From Candidatus Latescibacterota bacterium (GTDB lineage: Bacteria; Latescibacterota; UBA2968; GCA-2709665), in contig OZ242358.1 in assembly GCA_965208835.1 (NCBI GenBank), forward strand, positions 1,088,001 to 1,152,000: a DNA stretch of 64,000 nucleotides, in the 5' to 3' direction. Both the position numbers and the translations under genes were made by a program. Under the pieces are notes generated by a model that was given only the letters and a program-made list of their open reading frames with translations, was not told the origin of the DNA and did not search any database. Below, piece by piece: positions 26,832 to 37,915 of this stretch. Position 1 is the stretch's first letter; each line of letters starts with the position of its first letter.

Positions 26832-29800
26832 GTCATGACCGAAGAGCCCTATCATTCGATCAAGCCACGAATCACACGGACGACATTCTTTTGCAACGGC
26901 CCTTGTCGTCGACTTCCGCAAGACGGTTGGCCGCTGCCCCTCTTCAAACCGCCGTTTCAGAAAGTCGCGATTCAAGCAGTCGTCCCGCAGCGCTGGCAAC
27001 TGGAGTCGGACCCGGAGCCGACTTCTGCTAGCCTGAATAATTCATGAACTGTGTAAGATTGGGTGAAAAAGGTCGTAACGTGTGTTTTCGGCGAGGGTCA
27101 TTTTGCAGGTTGCGCTTTAGCCGTCAATGGGTACTAGGCAGCCAAGTGCTCCATAAGGACGTGACCAACTGAGCGGATCGTACCAGTAGACAGGTCTAAG
27201 GCAATCTCTGCTAGACCATTACATTCGCACTGGAGCTCTATCTCCGAGCGTATCCAGTTTCTGAGTCGTTCAGGTTGGTCGAGATTTTCCAATAGCAATG
27301 AAGGGAAGTTTATTTTCTCGACGCTTGTTGGCTGGGCTTCAAGTCTGGCCACGGCTAACTCACGAACTTGCTCGTCATTTGCAAAACGTACAGCCAATGC
27401 GCGCGAGCACGAGCGTGGAAACTCCCAAATATCTCCTCGGAGCGTCTCCATCAATGAACCCGCCTTAGTCAGGAATTCATCTGACGGGGCATTAGCGGCC
27501 AAGACAAAAAAACGTGCGGGAAGCAGTAGACTAGACATCTCAACCCGTTGCCGCAAATGTTCCCATCCAAGCGAATTCGGCCAACCTGAGCCAAGCGCGA
27601 CTACGAGTGCACTCTTATTGCTCGGCTGGAATAGGAATGACTCAAGTGTAGTGTACGTTTCACTATCGTTGGCGAATTGTTCGGCGAGTATTTCTGCCGC
27701 AAGAATACCTGGAGCCGTTTGCATCCAACTTCCAATATGAAAACCACGTACAAGATTGAGGCACAAATCACGTAGTCGTCGCGTGCCTCGCCACTTGCTA
27801 GCACATAGCTGTAGCAATTGTGTGGGCGGCCCTTCCTGATCACTACTTATTAGCCGATCGATAATATAGTCCGACAATCCTCGATCCTCTGTAAATGCGG
27901 CCATCTCAGTTGGGAACCCGTCAGGCACCCAATCTACTTGCTCCCAGAACGCCTCGCCAAACGTATTAGATACCCGATCCCAATGGCGGGTCAAGTGTTT
28001 GGCTAGCTGATGGTTCGCCGTGGTCCCCCTACGATAGGTCAAGTCCCTTAAGTCGCGTTCCGCCCACACAGCCAGAACAATGTCAAGTCGGTCAAGTTCA
28101 AGCAAGGCGGAAAATGCCGCTTGGCGGCGGGATTGGAAATCCCGGCCAGTTACGCGCAGACCTTCTCGCAACTCCTTAAGTTTCGTGGATGGCACAGTGC
28201 CGCGCTGTTTCAAAGATCTCGCATATCCAATTGCAGCCGCCGTCTTCACATTCACATCCATATCTTCATCGAATTGAGAAAGCAAAACATGCGCTACTTC
28301 ATCTTCTGAACCTAGTCGTGAAAGTCTGTCAACTATTTTCAATCTAAGGCGTGCAGGGAACGAGCTGCAAAGTTCAAGTATCTTACGTCTTGTCTTTATA
28401 TCCGAACCATAGACCCTTGCAACGGCGTTTAAAGCGCCACCAAGGCGGTGCAGTTGATCAGCCGCAATTTCGCGTACTGTTGCATTGCTAGGAAAGTGTT
28501 GGATTAGAGTGCTTATTCCCCAACGTGACGCGTCGGAGTGTATCACGCCAGACAGTTTTTCCATTGCCGATTGTATCACGTCCTCGTCTAACTCATTCAC
28601 TCCAAGCTTGATCAATCCATTCAGGACGTGTGGGACTTTGATTGCGGGAGCCGTCTCCAAAATCTCCAACAAGCGCACTTTGCACCGTTCGTTATCGTAC
28701 AGAATCTCTGGCAAGAGGTCTGGTGCATCTTTGGCTTTATCGCTATTGGCGAATTTCGTCAAGGCATCAGCAGCTTCTTCGTCCTCCATTCCCCATCCTT
28801 TCAATAACCAATGCGCCTGGTGTTCTGTTATGATATCAGTTCCGGCCTTGGCTTTGAGCAAAAGCCGTTTTGCACGCGTTGAGCGCGAGACAAGACAAAG
28901 TTGATATTCCCAAATTAACCCGTCGAAATTCCTTTCGATCCAGTCATCCACGGCTGGTGACAGATACCTATGACCAGCGAATGCCTCTATCAGAGGTTCG
29001 CAATTTGTATACAACTCAGATATATTGGCCGAGACGTTTTCCTCTTTGAATTGAAGTGCGAGCAACTCCGCGACTTCGTCGTCTTGTGGAAATCCTTCCA
29101 CGAGTAGCATTACAGCATCTCTCGTATCGAATACTGTCTCGCGCGTATAGAGCCTGCTCAAGACACTCCTTATCGCTTCCTTCTTGAGTTCTTGATCGTG
29201 GGGCCACCCCGCGGCGAGTGCGCGGGTCCGATCTCTTTTCCAGTACCAAGAACTCGTACTCCGTGGTTTAGAAAGATTCATCAATATTGCACGATCCCTA
29301 ATATCATGCTCATTACGTTTTACTCGGTGGATGCATGCGACACTCTGTAAGGCGCTGTCGGTCGACAATCGGGCATCTGATAATATCGCTTTAAGCCGAG
29401 AGTCTGACCCCCAACCTAGGCAAAGCGCGTGCAGGGCGCGCGCCTGCAGGTATGATTCTGCAGGCGTCAAAAGGAGCACAAACAGATGTTTTCGGACAAT
29501 TTGATCTCCACCGAAAACTTCAGCAAGGGATTCAGCAGCTGCTCGTCCGTTCCAGACTTCCTCGTCAAATAATCCTCTCCAGAGTATTGACTGTGTTTTG
29601 TTACACTTGGGCCAACTTGCGATGCCCTTATAGAATCCCTCGCGATTGTAGTAGCGAAGGGGATACCAGCGTCGAATCCTGGATTCTACAATTGACCGTA
29701 ACAAATCAGATTGAAGCCCATCAAGTGCGAAATCAAGAAGCCGTTCACGGGTGCGTTCGTGGACACCAGTCTCGATAGTCTGCATCGTCTTTTCTGCTAA

Positions 29801-30777
29801 TCTGCCAGCAATACCCGCTGAACAATTCAGATCGCTAAAGGCAACTTCGGCCAAGAAGCTTTGCCGGAGCAGCGCCATTTCATCCGGGAGTTCCATGTCT
29901 TCAACGATTCTGACAATGGCATCAACCTCCCCCGCACGAGTATTCAAATAACACAGACACAAAAACACATCGTGCCACTGAGGATTCGTAAAGCGTTTCC
30001 TTACGATTTTTTTTTGCTGTACAAGTGGCAGATTCGACAGGTGTTTCGCGGCGAGGAATTCCTGAAGTGAACGGTGAAGGAAACCGAACTCCGTTGGGGA
30101 TTTTTCAACTAGAATACCTATTGTTTCCGCACCAATACCGAGGAGTTCGTCTGCGATTTCCAGTGCTTCTCCATCATCCTTATGTAGGTGTTTGGCGAAG
30201 AATTCTCGAAGCGTATTCTGGGCTACCGTTTTTTCGAGGTTATTGACGTCGCTACTAGGCGAATCCTGGGATTCCCAAGCTAGCCTAGCGAGTGCTCGTT
30301 CACGATTTGCATCGCTCAATCGGCCAATGGTCGAGGCACGAGCGTAAGCGGCTTTTTCGCGTCGCCGAGGCTGTTCTTCTAACAGCAGACCGGTCAATTT
30401 GTCGTATGCTTTAAATCGACTACGTGGAAGCTGTATACCTTGAATAACGAGAGCAATAAGGCCATTTAGCATTAATGGGACCTGCGCTAGGCGGGCAAGT
30501 CGGGTATCGCGGTGAAAGTCCCTGATGTGTTCAGTGGCTTCTGCTTTCGCGCTCGCTTGCCTCATCGCGATGGCTTCGCCGTCTTCATTCTGAGGAGCAA
30601 AGGAATTCGACCGATGAATGTACTGTCAGAATCGGTTTTAAATTAGACAGAAACGACGGTATAAAAATGGACACTTCCGTGAAGAATGCGATGTAAGCAG
30701 CAAAGAAGCCCTGCCTGTGCTTATAGTAGGGAGATCGGCATAGAGATATCCCAAAAAGCACAGGAGGGCTCGTACCT

Positions 30778-32088
30778 ATGATATTAAGGGAGATGTCCAT
30801 GCAAATCAAGCATTTGAGTGAAGACGGTGTTCCGAAGGCGCGTATCGCCCGGCAGTTGGGCGTCTCGCGTCAGACGGTGTATAACCACCTGAACCGTGAG
30901 GAGGTGTTCCCCAAGGTCAGGGCGCAGCGTGCCTCGAAGCTGGATGCGTATAAAGACGCGATCCGGATGCGTCTGGAGCAGTTCGATTTGCCGGGCACGG
31001 TGGTGTTACAGGAACTGCGTTTGCAAGGCTATACCGGCGGGATCACGATCCTGCGTGAGTTCATGCGCCCGCTGAAGGCGTCGTTGGTCCGTCGAGTGAC
31101 CGAGCGCTTTGAGACGACGCCCGGGCGCCAGGCACAGATGGACTGGGGCGAGTGCGGCACGGTGCAAGTCGGTGATGACCGCAAGAAGCTGTATGTGTTT
31201 GTGCTGGTGTTGGGCTATTCCCGGATGCTTTATGCCCAGTTTACGACCTCGTGCCGGCTGCTGGTGTTGCTGGGGTGCATGAAGGAAGCCTTCTCGATCC
31301 TGGGGATCCCTCGCGAAGTGTTGGTCGACAATATGAAGCAGGCCGTGGATACGCACGACGTGGTCACGGGCAAGGTGACGTGGAACCGGTCTTTTTTGGA
31401 CTTTGCGGCGCATCACGGGTTCCTGCCGGTGGCGTGTCCACCCTACTGGCCCAGAGTCAAAGGCAAGGTGGAGCGTGGCGTAGGCTACCTCAAGGCGTCC
31501 TTTTTGGAAGGACGCGCCTTCACCGACCTCCAGGACCTGAATGGCCAGCTGCAAGCCTGGCTGGATGGGGTCGCCAACACCCGAGTACACGGTACCACGA
31601 AGGCGCGTCCCGTGGACCGCTTTTCCCAGGAGCAAGCCCATTTGCGTCCGCTGAGGGGCGTGCCTGCCTTCGACACCCGTCCTGTGGTGTTGCGTCGCGT
31701 GCCTACGGATTGCCATATCCACTTCAAGGGCGTGCGCTACAGCGTCGATCCCGTCGCAGTGGGCAAGACCGTAAGCGTACGGCCCGATGGCGAAGACGCC
31801 GGGGATGCCTTTGCGGTGTATCTGGATGCATCACAGGTGGCTCGGCACCGCATCAGAGTTGCCGGTAGCGATCCCGTGATGTTGCCTGAACACCAGGAAA
31901 AAATCCAACGCCTCACCCGTGGCCAGGCCCGGCCCACCGCGCGTGGTGCAAGGCGTAACCCACACTATGTGCAGGCGCCGGTATCTGCTCCAAAAAGCCC
32001 GGCACCCCTTCTGGAATGGATGCCCCCTGAGGTCCAGGTCCGCCCCCTTGCAGCGTATGAACACCTCTTGCAGGAGGTGGTGTCATGA
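30778..32088 (+). CDS. istA: IS21 transposase IstA
   Basis: HTH, FETTPGRQAQMDWG, VDNMK, KGKVER. Confidence 0.95.
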   Translation: MILREMSMQIKHLSEDGVPKARIARQLGVSRQTVYNHLNREEVFPKVRAQRASKLDAYKDAIRMRLEQFDLPGTVVLQELRLQGYTGGITILREFMRPLKASLVRRVTERFETTPGRQAQMDWGECGTVQVGDDRKKLYVFVLVLGYSRMLYAQFTTSCRLLVLLGCMKEAFSILGIPREVLVDNMKQAVDTHDVVTGKVTWNRSFLDFAAHHGFLPVACPPYWPRVKGKVERGVGYLKASFLEGRAFTDLQDLNGQLQAWLDGVANTRVHGTTKARPVDRFSQEQAHLRPLRGVPAFDTRPVVLRRVPTDCHIHFKGVRYSVDPVAVGKTVSVRPDGEDAGDAFAVYLDASQVARHRIRVAGSDPVMLPEHQEKIQRLTRGQARPTARGARRNPHYVQAPVSAPKSPAPLLEWMPPEVQVRPLAAYEHLLQEVVS

Positions 32089-32867
32089 GTGCCGCCGTAA
32101 GCTACGAACGGGTGCGGGAACACCTGGGTGCCCTTTCCCTGGACGCCGCCCTATCCGCTTTGGATACCGTCCTCGAAGACGGGAACAAGCAAGACCGCAC
32201 ACCCGTCGAGATCGTCGACGACCTGCTCACACGCGAACGCGACGAGCGCTTCCAGAGACGCATCCGCACCAACCTGCGCCTGTCGGGCATTGCCACGCCC
32301 AAGACCCTCGAGGCCTTCGACTTTGACGCTCAGACACAGGTCCCGAAGAAAACCATCGATGAACTGGCCTGTCTGCGCTTCCTGCACCACGGTGAGAATG
32401 TCCTGTTCTTAGGCCCTCCCGGCGTGGGGAAGTCCCACCTGGCCGTGGGCCTGGCACTCAAAGCCCTCGAAGCCGGACATCGCGTCTACTTCATTACCCT
32501 GCACGACCTCGTCGCAAAATCCCGTATCGCCAAAAAGCGCGACCGACTCCATATCTTCCAAAACACGCTCACACGTCCCGACCTGCTCCTCCTCGACGAA
32601 GTCGGCTACCTTCCCATTGAACAGCACGACGCCACCTTCCTCTTTGAGGTCGTCTCCAAACGCTACGACAAGGGCAAACCCATCATCCTCACTTCCAACA
32701 AGTCCTATGCCGCATGGGGCGACTTCTTCCCCGATCCCGTCCTGGCCACCGCCCTGCTGGATCGACTCCTCCATCATGCCACCACCATCTCCATCCGCGG
32801 AGACAGCTACCGCCTGCGACACCGCACAAAAGCAGGACTGTCTACACACTCGCAGCAACACACCTGA
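32085..32867 (+). CDS. istB: IS21 helper ATPase IstB
   Basis: GPPGVGKSHLA, LLDEVGY, LDRLLHH, GDSYR. Confidence 0.95.
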   Translation: MSAAVSYERVREHLGALSLDAALSALDTVLEDGNKQDRTPVEIVDDLLTRERDERFQRRIRTNLRLSGIATPKTLEAFDFDAQTQVPKKTIDELACLRFLHHGENVLFLGPPGVGKSHLAVGLALKALEAGHRVYFITLHDLVAKSRIAKKRDRLHIFQNTLTRPDLLLLDEVGYLPIEQHDATFLFEVVSKRYDKGKPIILTSNKSYAAWGDFFPDPVLATALLDRLLHHATTISIRGDSYRLRHRTKAGLSTHSQQHT

Positions 32868-35110
32868 AAAAAGGACCTGCTCATGCCACCCTGACCCACT
32901 CTCCATCCTGTCTATTGTGTCCAAATTTAAACCGGTGCTTTTGTCAAAAACAAAACCGGTGTTGACAGTACCATTGCTCGGTTAAGATTCGCTGCTGCGG
33001 GAGGGTTAAGCCTGCGAGGGTAGCCACATTCCATCGATCACCAAGTCTACCAATTCGGGCGAATCCCAGTGGGCGACTGGTGGCAACGGCAGGTACATTC
33101 CGCATCCGTACGAAGTTTTCGAGAAGCGAAAGTGCGGTTCTAGCGGCTGTCTCATCACTCCATTCATCGAGTCCATCGACAAAAAGAAGGAGTCGCGAAT
33201 CCTGAATTGCTTGTTCGACCAAATGTATCAGTTCTTCTCTAACGCCTAACTTTGCAAACCAAGCCTTCAAGACATCAAGAAGCGAACACTTTGTTTCGGA
33301 CTCGCAGACCATCCGCGTCCACATGGCAAACGGTACCCACACAGGCAAGAACTGCCCCCAACGTCGCGCAAATGACTCATAACGAGGCTCGACACTAAGA
33401 AGATCAAGTAATAGACAACGCAGCAGTGTGCTTTTGCCCATCCCGGGGTCTCCGACCAAAACCGATTGGTTGGAGTCCGATAGCCACTCAATAGCGGAAC
33501 GGCGCACCTGGCGTATGACATCGTGTGTTCTACGGGATGACGAAAAATCGTCGGTTGACGTTTGAGAGCGCGCACGTGTGTTCTCAAGGGCATCAAACTG
33601 ATTGTTCCCGGATCGGGAGATTTGCGGCCCATCCAAGGTCTGTTGAGACTGATGAACCAGTTGCTCCTCAAGAATGTCCGGCGGAACAAATCGTTGAATT
33701 AAGGAAATTGGCTCAAGGTTGGAGTTGGGAGAAACTGCAAAAGACGGAAGACCCGGATCGGTGATTTCGAAATGGTGTGTATAGCAGTCTCGAAGTAGTT
33801 GGCGCAGTCGTATGACTTGCTCGGGACGTAAGTGATGTCCGGACAGTTTGTTTAGGGCTTCTTCACCACAGAATGCCCGTACCCATTCACGCCCGAAAAA
33901 ATCATCCACCAAATTAGGATGGTCTTTCAGTTGATTTGAAATCTGTGTGATCCCTAGCGGAAGGAATCGGATTTCGTGCTCACGAAGGCGATCACTTTGA
34001 GTCTCGATAATTGACGCAAGTTTAGCATCTTCCGTATTGATCGTAACAGCAAGTACAAACTCGTCTGTCTTTGGTGCCCACGAGCCGTTCAGAAAAGCGT
34101 TTACTGCTGCCTCGATTGAGTTCGCGTTAAACGATTGGCGTTGTTTACACTGCCAAACCGAATATTTCGAGGATCCCAATTTTCGGACGTAGATGTCTAT
34201 GCCCTCTTGCCGCTGTCCCTTAATTCCAAATTCTCGGCATCTTTCCACGTCACCGGAACACTGTGCAAGACGACAACACAACTTCTGAAACGCCTCCCAA
34301 TGCAGTTCATTCAGCGGTAGGATTTGAAGGCGGGTCTCAACAGGGGGCGGTTGGTGTGACTCACAAGGGACCCACACGCTTGTCAATGTCTTGGTCTCTG
34401 CCATCGAAGTGATCCACGGATATCGTAGTTTGTGAAACCGCCGCGCAGGAATTGATCACCACCACAAAGGTTGGTCGCTACTTGGATTATCCGATCTAAC
34501 ATTATTAAGTTTGTTGATTCGTCTTTCCGCTAATTTAGCGGTACATCGCAATCGCAAGTAATGGAAGCGGCGCAGGTAGACTTGCGTGTAATCTCATATC
34601 TCTGTTCCACCGAGATTCGTATAATAATCCATTCCGTTGCTACAGATATGTACATTGATTTACGACGGCAGCGCCATAGGATTCGTGGATTCTCCGTCTG
34701 TCTATTAGATGCCTTTCCAATTTATCTATGAGCCCCATTAGTTCATTGACTTTGACGATGATGCGGTGTTGCTCTGCGAGAGGAGGCAGTGCGACGAGTA
34801 GGCTGGCAAGAGATTTCGAGTTCAGAGTTCTTCCTTTAATTGCTGCCTTGGACGATCCGATGGAAGAAAACAACGGCATGAACTGAAACAGGTAGTTTCC
34901 CGTATCACTAATGATCGGATACAAGGCGACAATAGCCTCGTTGTGGTAGGCGTCAACACCGAGTTTAGTGATTTTCCCAATGGTTAACTTGAAGCTCATT
35001 AGGATTGTACCACGAGATACCGGTGTGCCCTACGTGCCAATATAGAGTGAGACAACTCCCCCTCCGAGTTTAATGTCGTACAATGGGCGGAGAGGAGAGG
35101 AGAGGACGAG

Positions 35111-35578
35111 ATGAGGTCAAGAATCGATGTTGGAGACAACGGCAGCAAGGGGACTCTGGTTGTGGAGGTCCCGCGCGGGACCTCCACAACCACGAGGCCG
35201 GATCCGGAGGTGCCGGCGCGTGCGAAGCGTCGCCGGTTCACCGCCGGGTACAAGCTTCGCATCCTGGAAGAAGCGGACGCGTGCCGGGCCCCTGGTGAAG
35301 TCGGAGCGCTGCTGCGTCGCGAGGGGTTGTATTCCTCGCAGTTGACCCAGTGGCGTCGTGCGCGTCGTGAGGGGACGCTCAAGGCACTATCCAAGCCGCG
35401 GGGACCCAAGGGGCGGCGTCGTGACGAGGTCGCCGTCGAGAACGAGCAGCTGCGCAAGGAAAACGCCCGGCTGCGGCGACGACTGGAACAGGCGCAGACC
35501 ATCCTCGAGATCCAAAAAAAAGCCTCCGAGATCCTGGGCATCCCCCTGAACCGCCCGCCGGCCGACGACGACGTATGA
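35111..35578 (+). CDS. ISa OrfA
   Basis: RRRFTAGYKLRIL HTH, coiled coil. Confidence 0.88.
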   Translation: MRSRIDVGDNGSKGTLVVEVPRGTSTTTRPDPEVPARAKRRRFTAGYKLRILEEADACRAPGEVGALLRREGLYSSQLTQWRRARREGTLKALSKPRGPKGRRRDEVAVENEQLRKENARLRRRLEQAQTILEIQKKASEILGIPLNRPPADDDV

Positions 35579-36588
35579 TACGTGCGGCCGAACATCTCGC
35601 CCCGAGTGTCGGGTTGGCTTCAGCATGCCGGGCATTGGGTGTGGCGCGAGCCTCTGTATACCGTCATCGCAAGCCACATCCAACGTGTCCGGGTCGGTCG
35701 CGACGGTCTTCGCCCCGTGCACTTTCTCCACAGGAGCGTCTCCGGGTCTTGGACATCCTGCACGAGGATCGCTTCGTGGACCGGGCACCGGCAGCCGTGT
35801 ATGCCGTGCTGCTGGAGGAAGGACGGTATGTCTGCTCGACCCGCACCATGTACCGGCTGCTTCACGATGCCCAGGAAGTGCGCGAGCGCCGCGACCAGCG
35901 CCGTCATCCACGTCTCGAACCACCCCGGTTGGTGGCCAGTGCGCCCAACCAGGTCTGGACGTGGGACATCACAAGGTTGCCGGGACCCCGAAAATGGGTG
36001 TCCTATCCCCTCTACGTCGTGCTGGATCTGTTCTCGCGATACGTGGTGGCCTGGATGGTCGCCAAAAGGGAGAGCGCCACGCTGGCCAAGCGCCTGATTA
36101 CCAACGCCTCCACGAAGCAGGGCATTCAACCCGGACAACTGACGTTGCACCAGGATCGCGGCGGACCGATGAAGGCGAAGACGTTTTCGCAAATGCTGAT
36201 CGACCTCGACATCCTGGCCAGCTACAGCAGACCTCGTGTATCGGACGACAACCCCTATTCCGAAAGCCAATTCAAAACACTCAAATACGCGCCGTCATAC
36301 CCCGGGCGCTTCACCGGTCCGGAGGAAGCGCGTACCTACTTCCAGGGCTTCTTTCCCTGGTACAACACCCAACACCGTCACAGCGGCTTGGGCTTGCTCA
36401 CACCCGATTCCGTGCATCACGGGATGACACAACAGCTGCAAGCCGCAAGACAACACGTGCTCGACCAGGCTTATCACAACCACCCTGAACGATTTGTCAG
36501 AGGCAAACCGAAACCACCACACGTTCCCAACGAAGTCTGGATTAACCAACCCAAGAACACCGTCGAATGGCACCATTTGCTACACTAA
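35575..36588 (+). CDS. ISa OrfB DDE transposase
   Basis: WTWDIT, LDLFSRYVV, HQDRG, DDNPYSESQFKT. Confidence 0.93.
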   Translation: MIRAAEHLAPSVGLASACRALGVARASVYRHRKPHPTCPGRSRRSSPRALSPQERLRVLDILHEDRFVDRAPAAVYAVLLEEGRYVCSTRTMYRLLHDAQEVRERRDQRRHPRLEPPRLVASAPNQVWTWDITRLPGPRKWVSYPLYVVLDLFSRYVVAWMVAKRESATLAKRLITNASTKQGIQPGQLTLHQDRGGPMKAKTFSQMLIDLDILASYSRPRVSDDNPYSESQFKTLKYAPSYPGRFTGPEEARTYFQGFFPWYNTQHRHSGLGLLTPDSVHHGMTQQLQAARQHVLDQAYHNHPERFVRGKPKPPHVPNEVWINQPKNTVEWHHLLH

Positions 36589-37915
36589 ACTCACGCAAGA
36601 GTTGTCTCATTCTTATTGACAGGTTCCGTGCAACCGAAAACCTCCGAAGTCGCCTTAGTGGAAATTCGCTTCCTGGTTTCATAGACCACACCAAAGTGAT
36701 CCATGTCCGCTATACTCACCCAAGGATGGCCGCTTTCATCAGACCAATAGCTTCCATCTTTTGTTGGAGGTGTCTTGCCCATTGTGAAGTGTGCAATCCG
36801 TCCGAGCCTGACCCAAATCCATGAACTCGGAATTACCCAAGGAAGGTCCTGTTCGTCGATAGGCCGCAGTCTTCTCCTCAGTTTGGCGGCCAACTGAGAT
36901 CTTTCGAGGAGATTCGTAGCCGGTTCCTCCTGCGCATCCTGCGGCACTAGACGTCCCCGCACCCCAAGCTGAAGCACGGCTTCTCGTAGTGGAGCCAAGT
37001 CAGCAGGAGTCGTAAACAGCTCTTCCATACACTTGGCAACGCGCGTCCAAGCATTCCTCACCTGTTCGGTCGAATTGGCATTGCGAAGCTTATGGAGGGC
37101 CGAGTCCCGGGCCCCTGATCGAAGTTCCTCTCTTTTTCTTCGTGCATCCTCCAAAGGGTCAATAAGCCCCATCAACTCATCGACCTTGGCGACGATACGG
37201 TGTTGCTCACTTAATGGTGGGATCGATACCGGAATCAACGCGACTTTTTTGCCTGCCACTTCCTTAAATGTTGTACCAGAAGCTTGTGCGTCGATACCAG
37301 GACCTGCATATTTGAGAAACAGGTACAGATATTCCGACATTGCTGGGATAAAGGGCACGCAGGACTTAAAGCCCTGATTGGTGCTTAGTGGATTGGCTGC
37401 GATACCAACGTGCCCGATAGGCGCGCGACTCGAAAACAGCACCGAACCCCGCGGTAGCATCTGTGCGGATGATTTCCTGAGCCCCTCTGCGGAAATATCC
37501 CGCCTGCCTCGTTCGATATAACGAGAGGTCTGCCGCCGCATATCCGCTGGAGTTAGCCATGGTATGTCCTCACCATCACTCCAGTACCTCGGCTCACCAC
37601 TCTTGGGCGTACCTCCTCCGACGATACTTCCAACATCACCCAGACGTAGCCATCGCCAAGTCTTGGGTATTTTATATGGAGGTTGTTCAACTGGCACTCC
37701 AAGAGGGTAACGGGGCTTGGGAATAGTCTCTTCTGCAAGAAGCCGTTCCTTGCCTTCCTTTAGTTTGGCAGTGAATTTTTCCGGAGGTATCTCTTGGCAA
37801 TTTTGCGCTACGAGTCGTCCCCGCACTGCAAGCTCAAGTACAACTTCACGCAGTCGGTCCACGCCACCCGGCGCCTCCGCAATCGTATCAAAGAACTTAA
37901 TGAACTCCCCGGATG

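Larger units (their letters stand above)
30624..32967 (+). mobile_element. IS21-family element (2344 bp)
   Basis: TGTCA...TGACA ends with internal repeats; GTAC duplication at 30620-30623 and 32968-32971. Confidence 0.93.
27134..34404 (-). pseudogene. REase-NACHT (STAND) protein with long helical C-terminus, split by IS21 (1640 aa when rejoined)
   Basis: N-terminal WEAFQKL..GIDI..QCK nuclease motif; Walker A GDPGMGKS, Walker B LFVDGLDE, FLHRSLQEFLAA; rejoins as ...EQWY|IHRSN...AMRQAS. Confidence 0.88.
35028..36627 (+). mobile_element. IS3-like element ISa, intact copy (1600 bp)
   Basis: GTG duplication at 35025-35027 and 36628-36630; orfA and orfB overlapping at ATGA. Confidence 0.93.

Noticed and set aside
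26835-27047. 70-aa ORF after the Lit-like gene
   Set aside because: No RBS or motif support
35089-35105. GAGAG repeat number difference between ISa copies as phase variation
   Set aside because: Two versus three units in only two copies; slippage or assembly error is as likely
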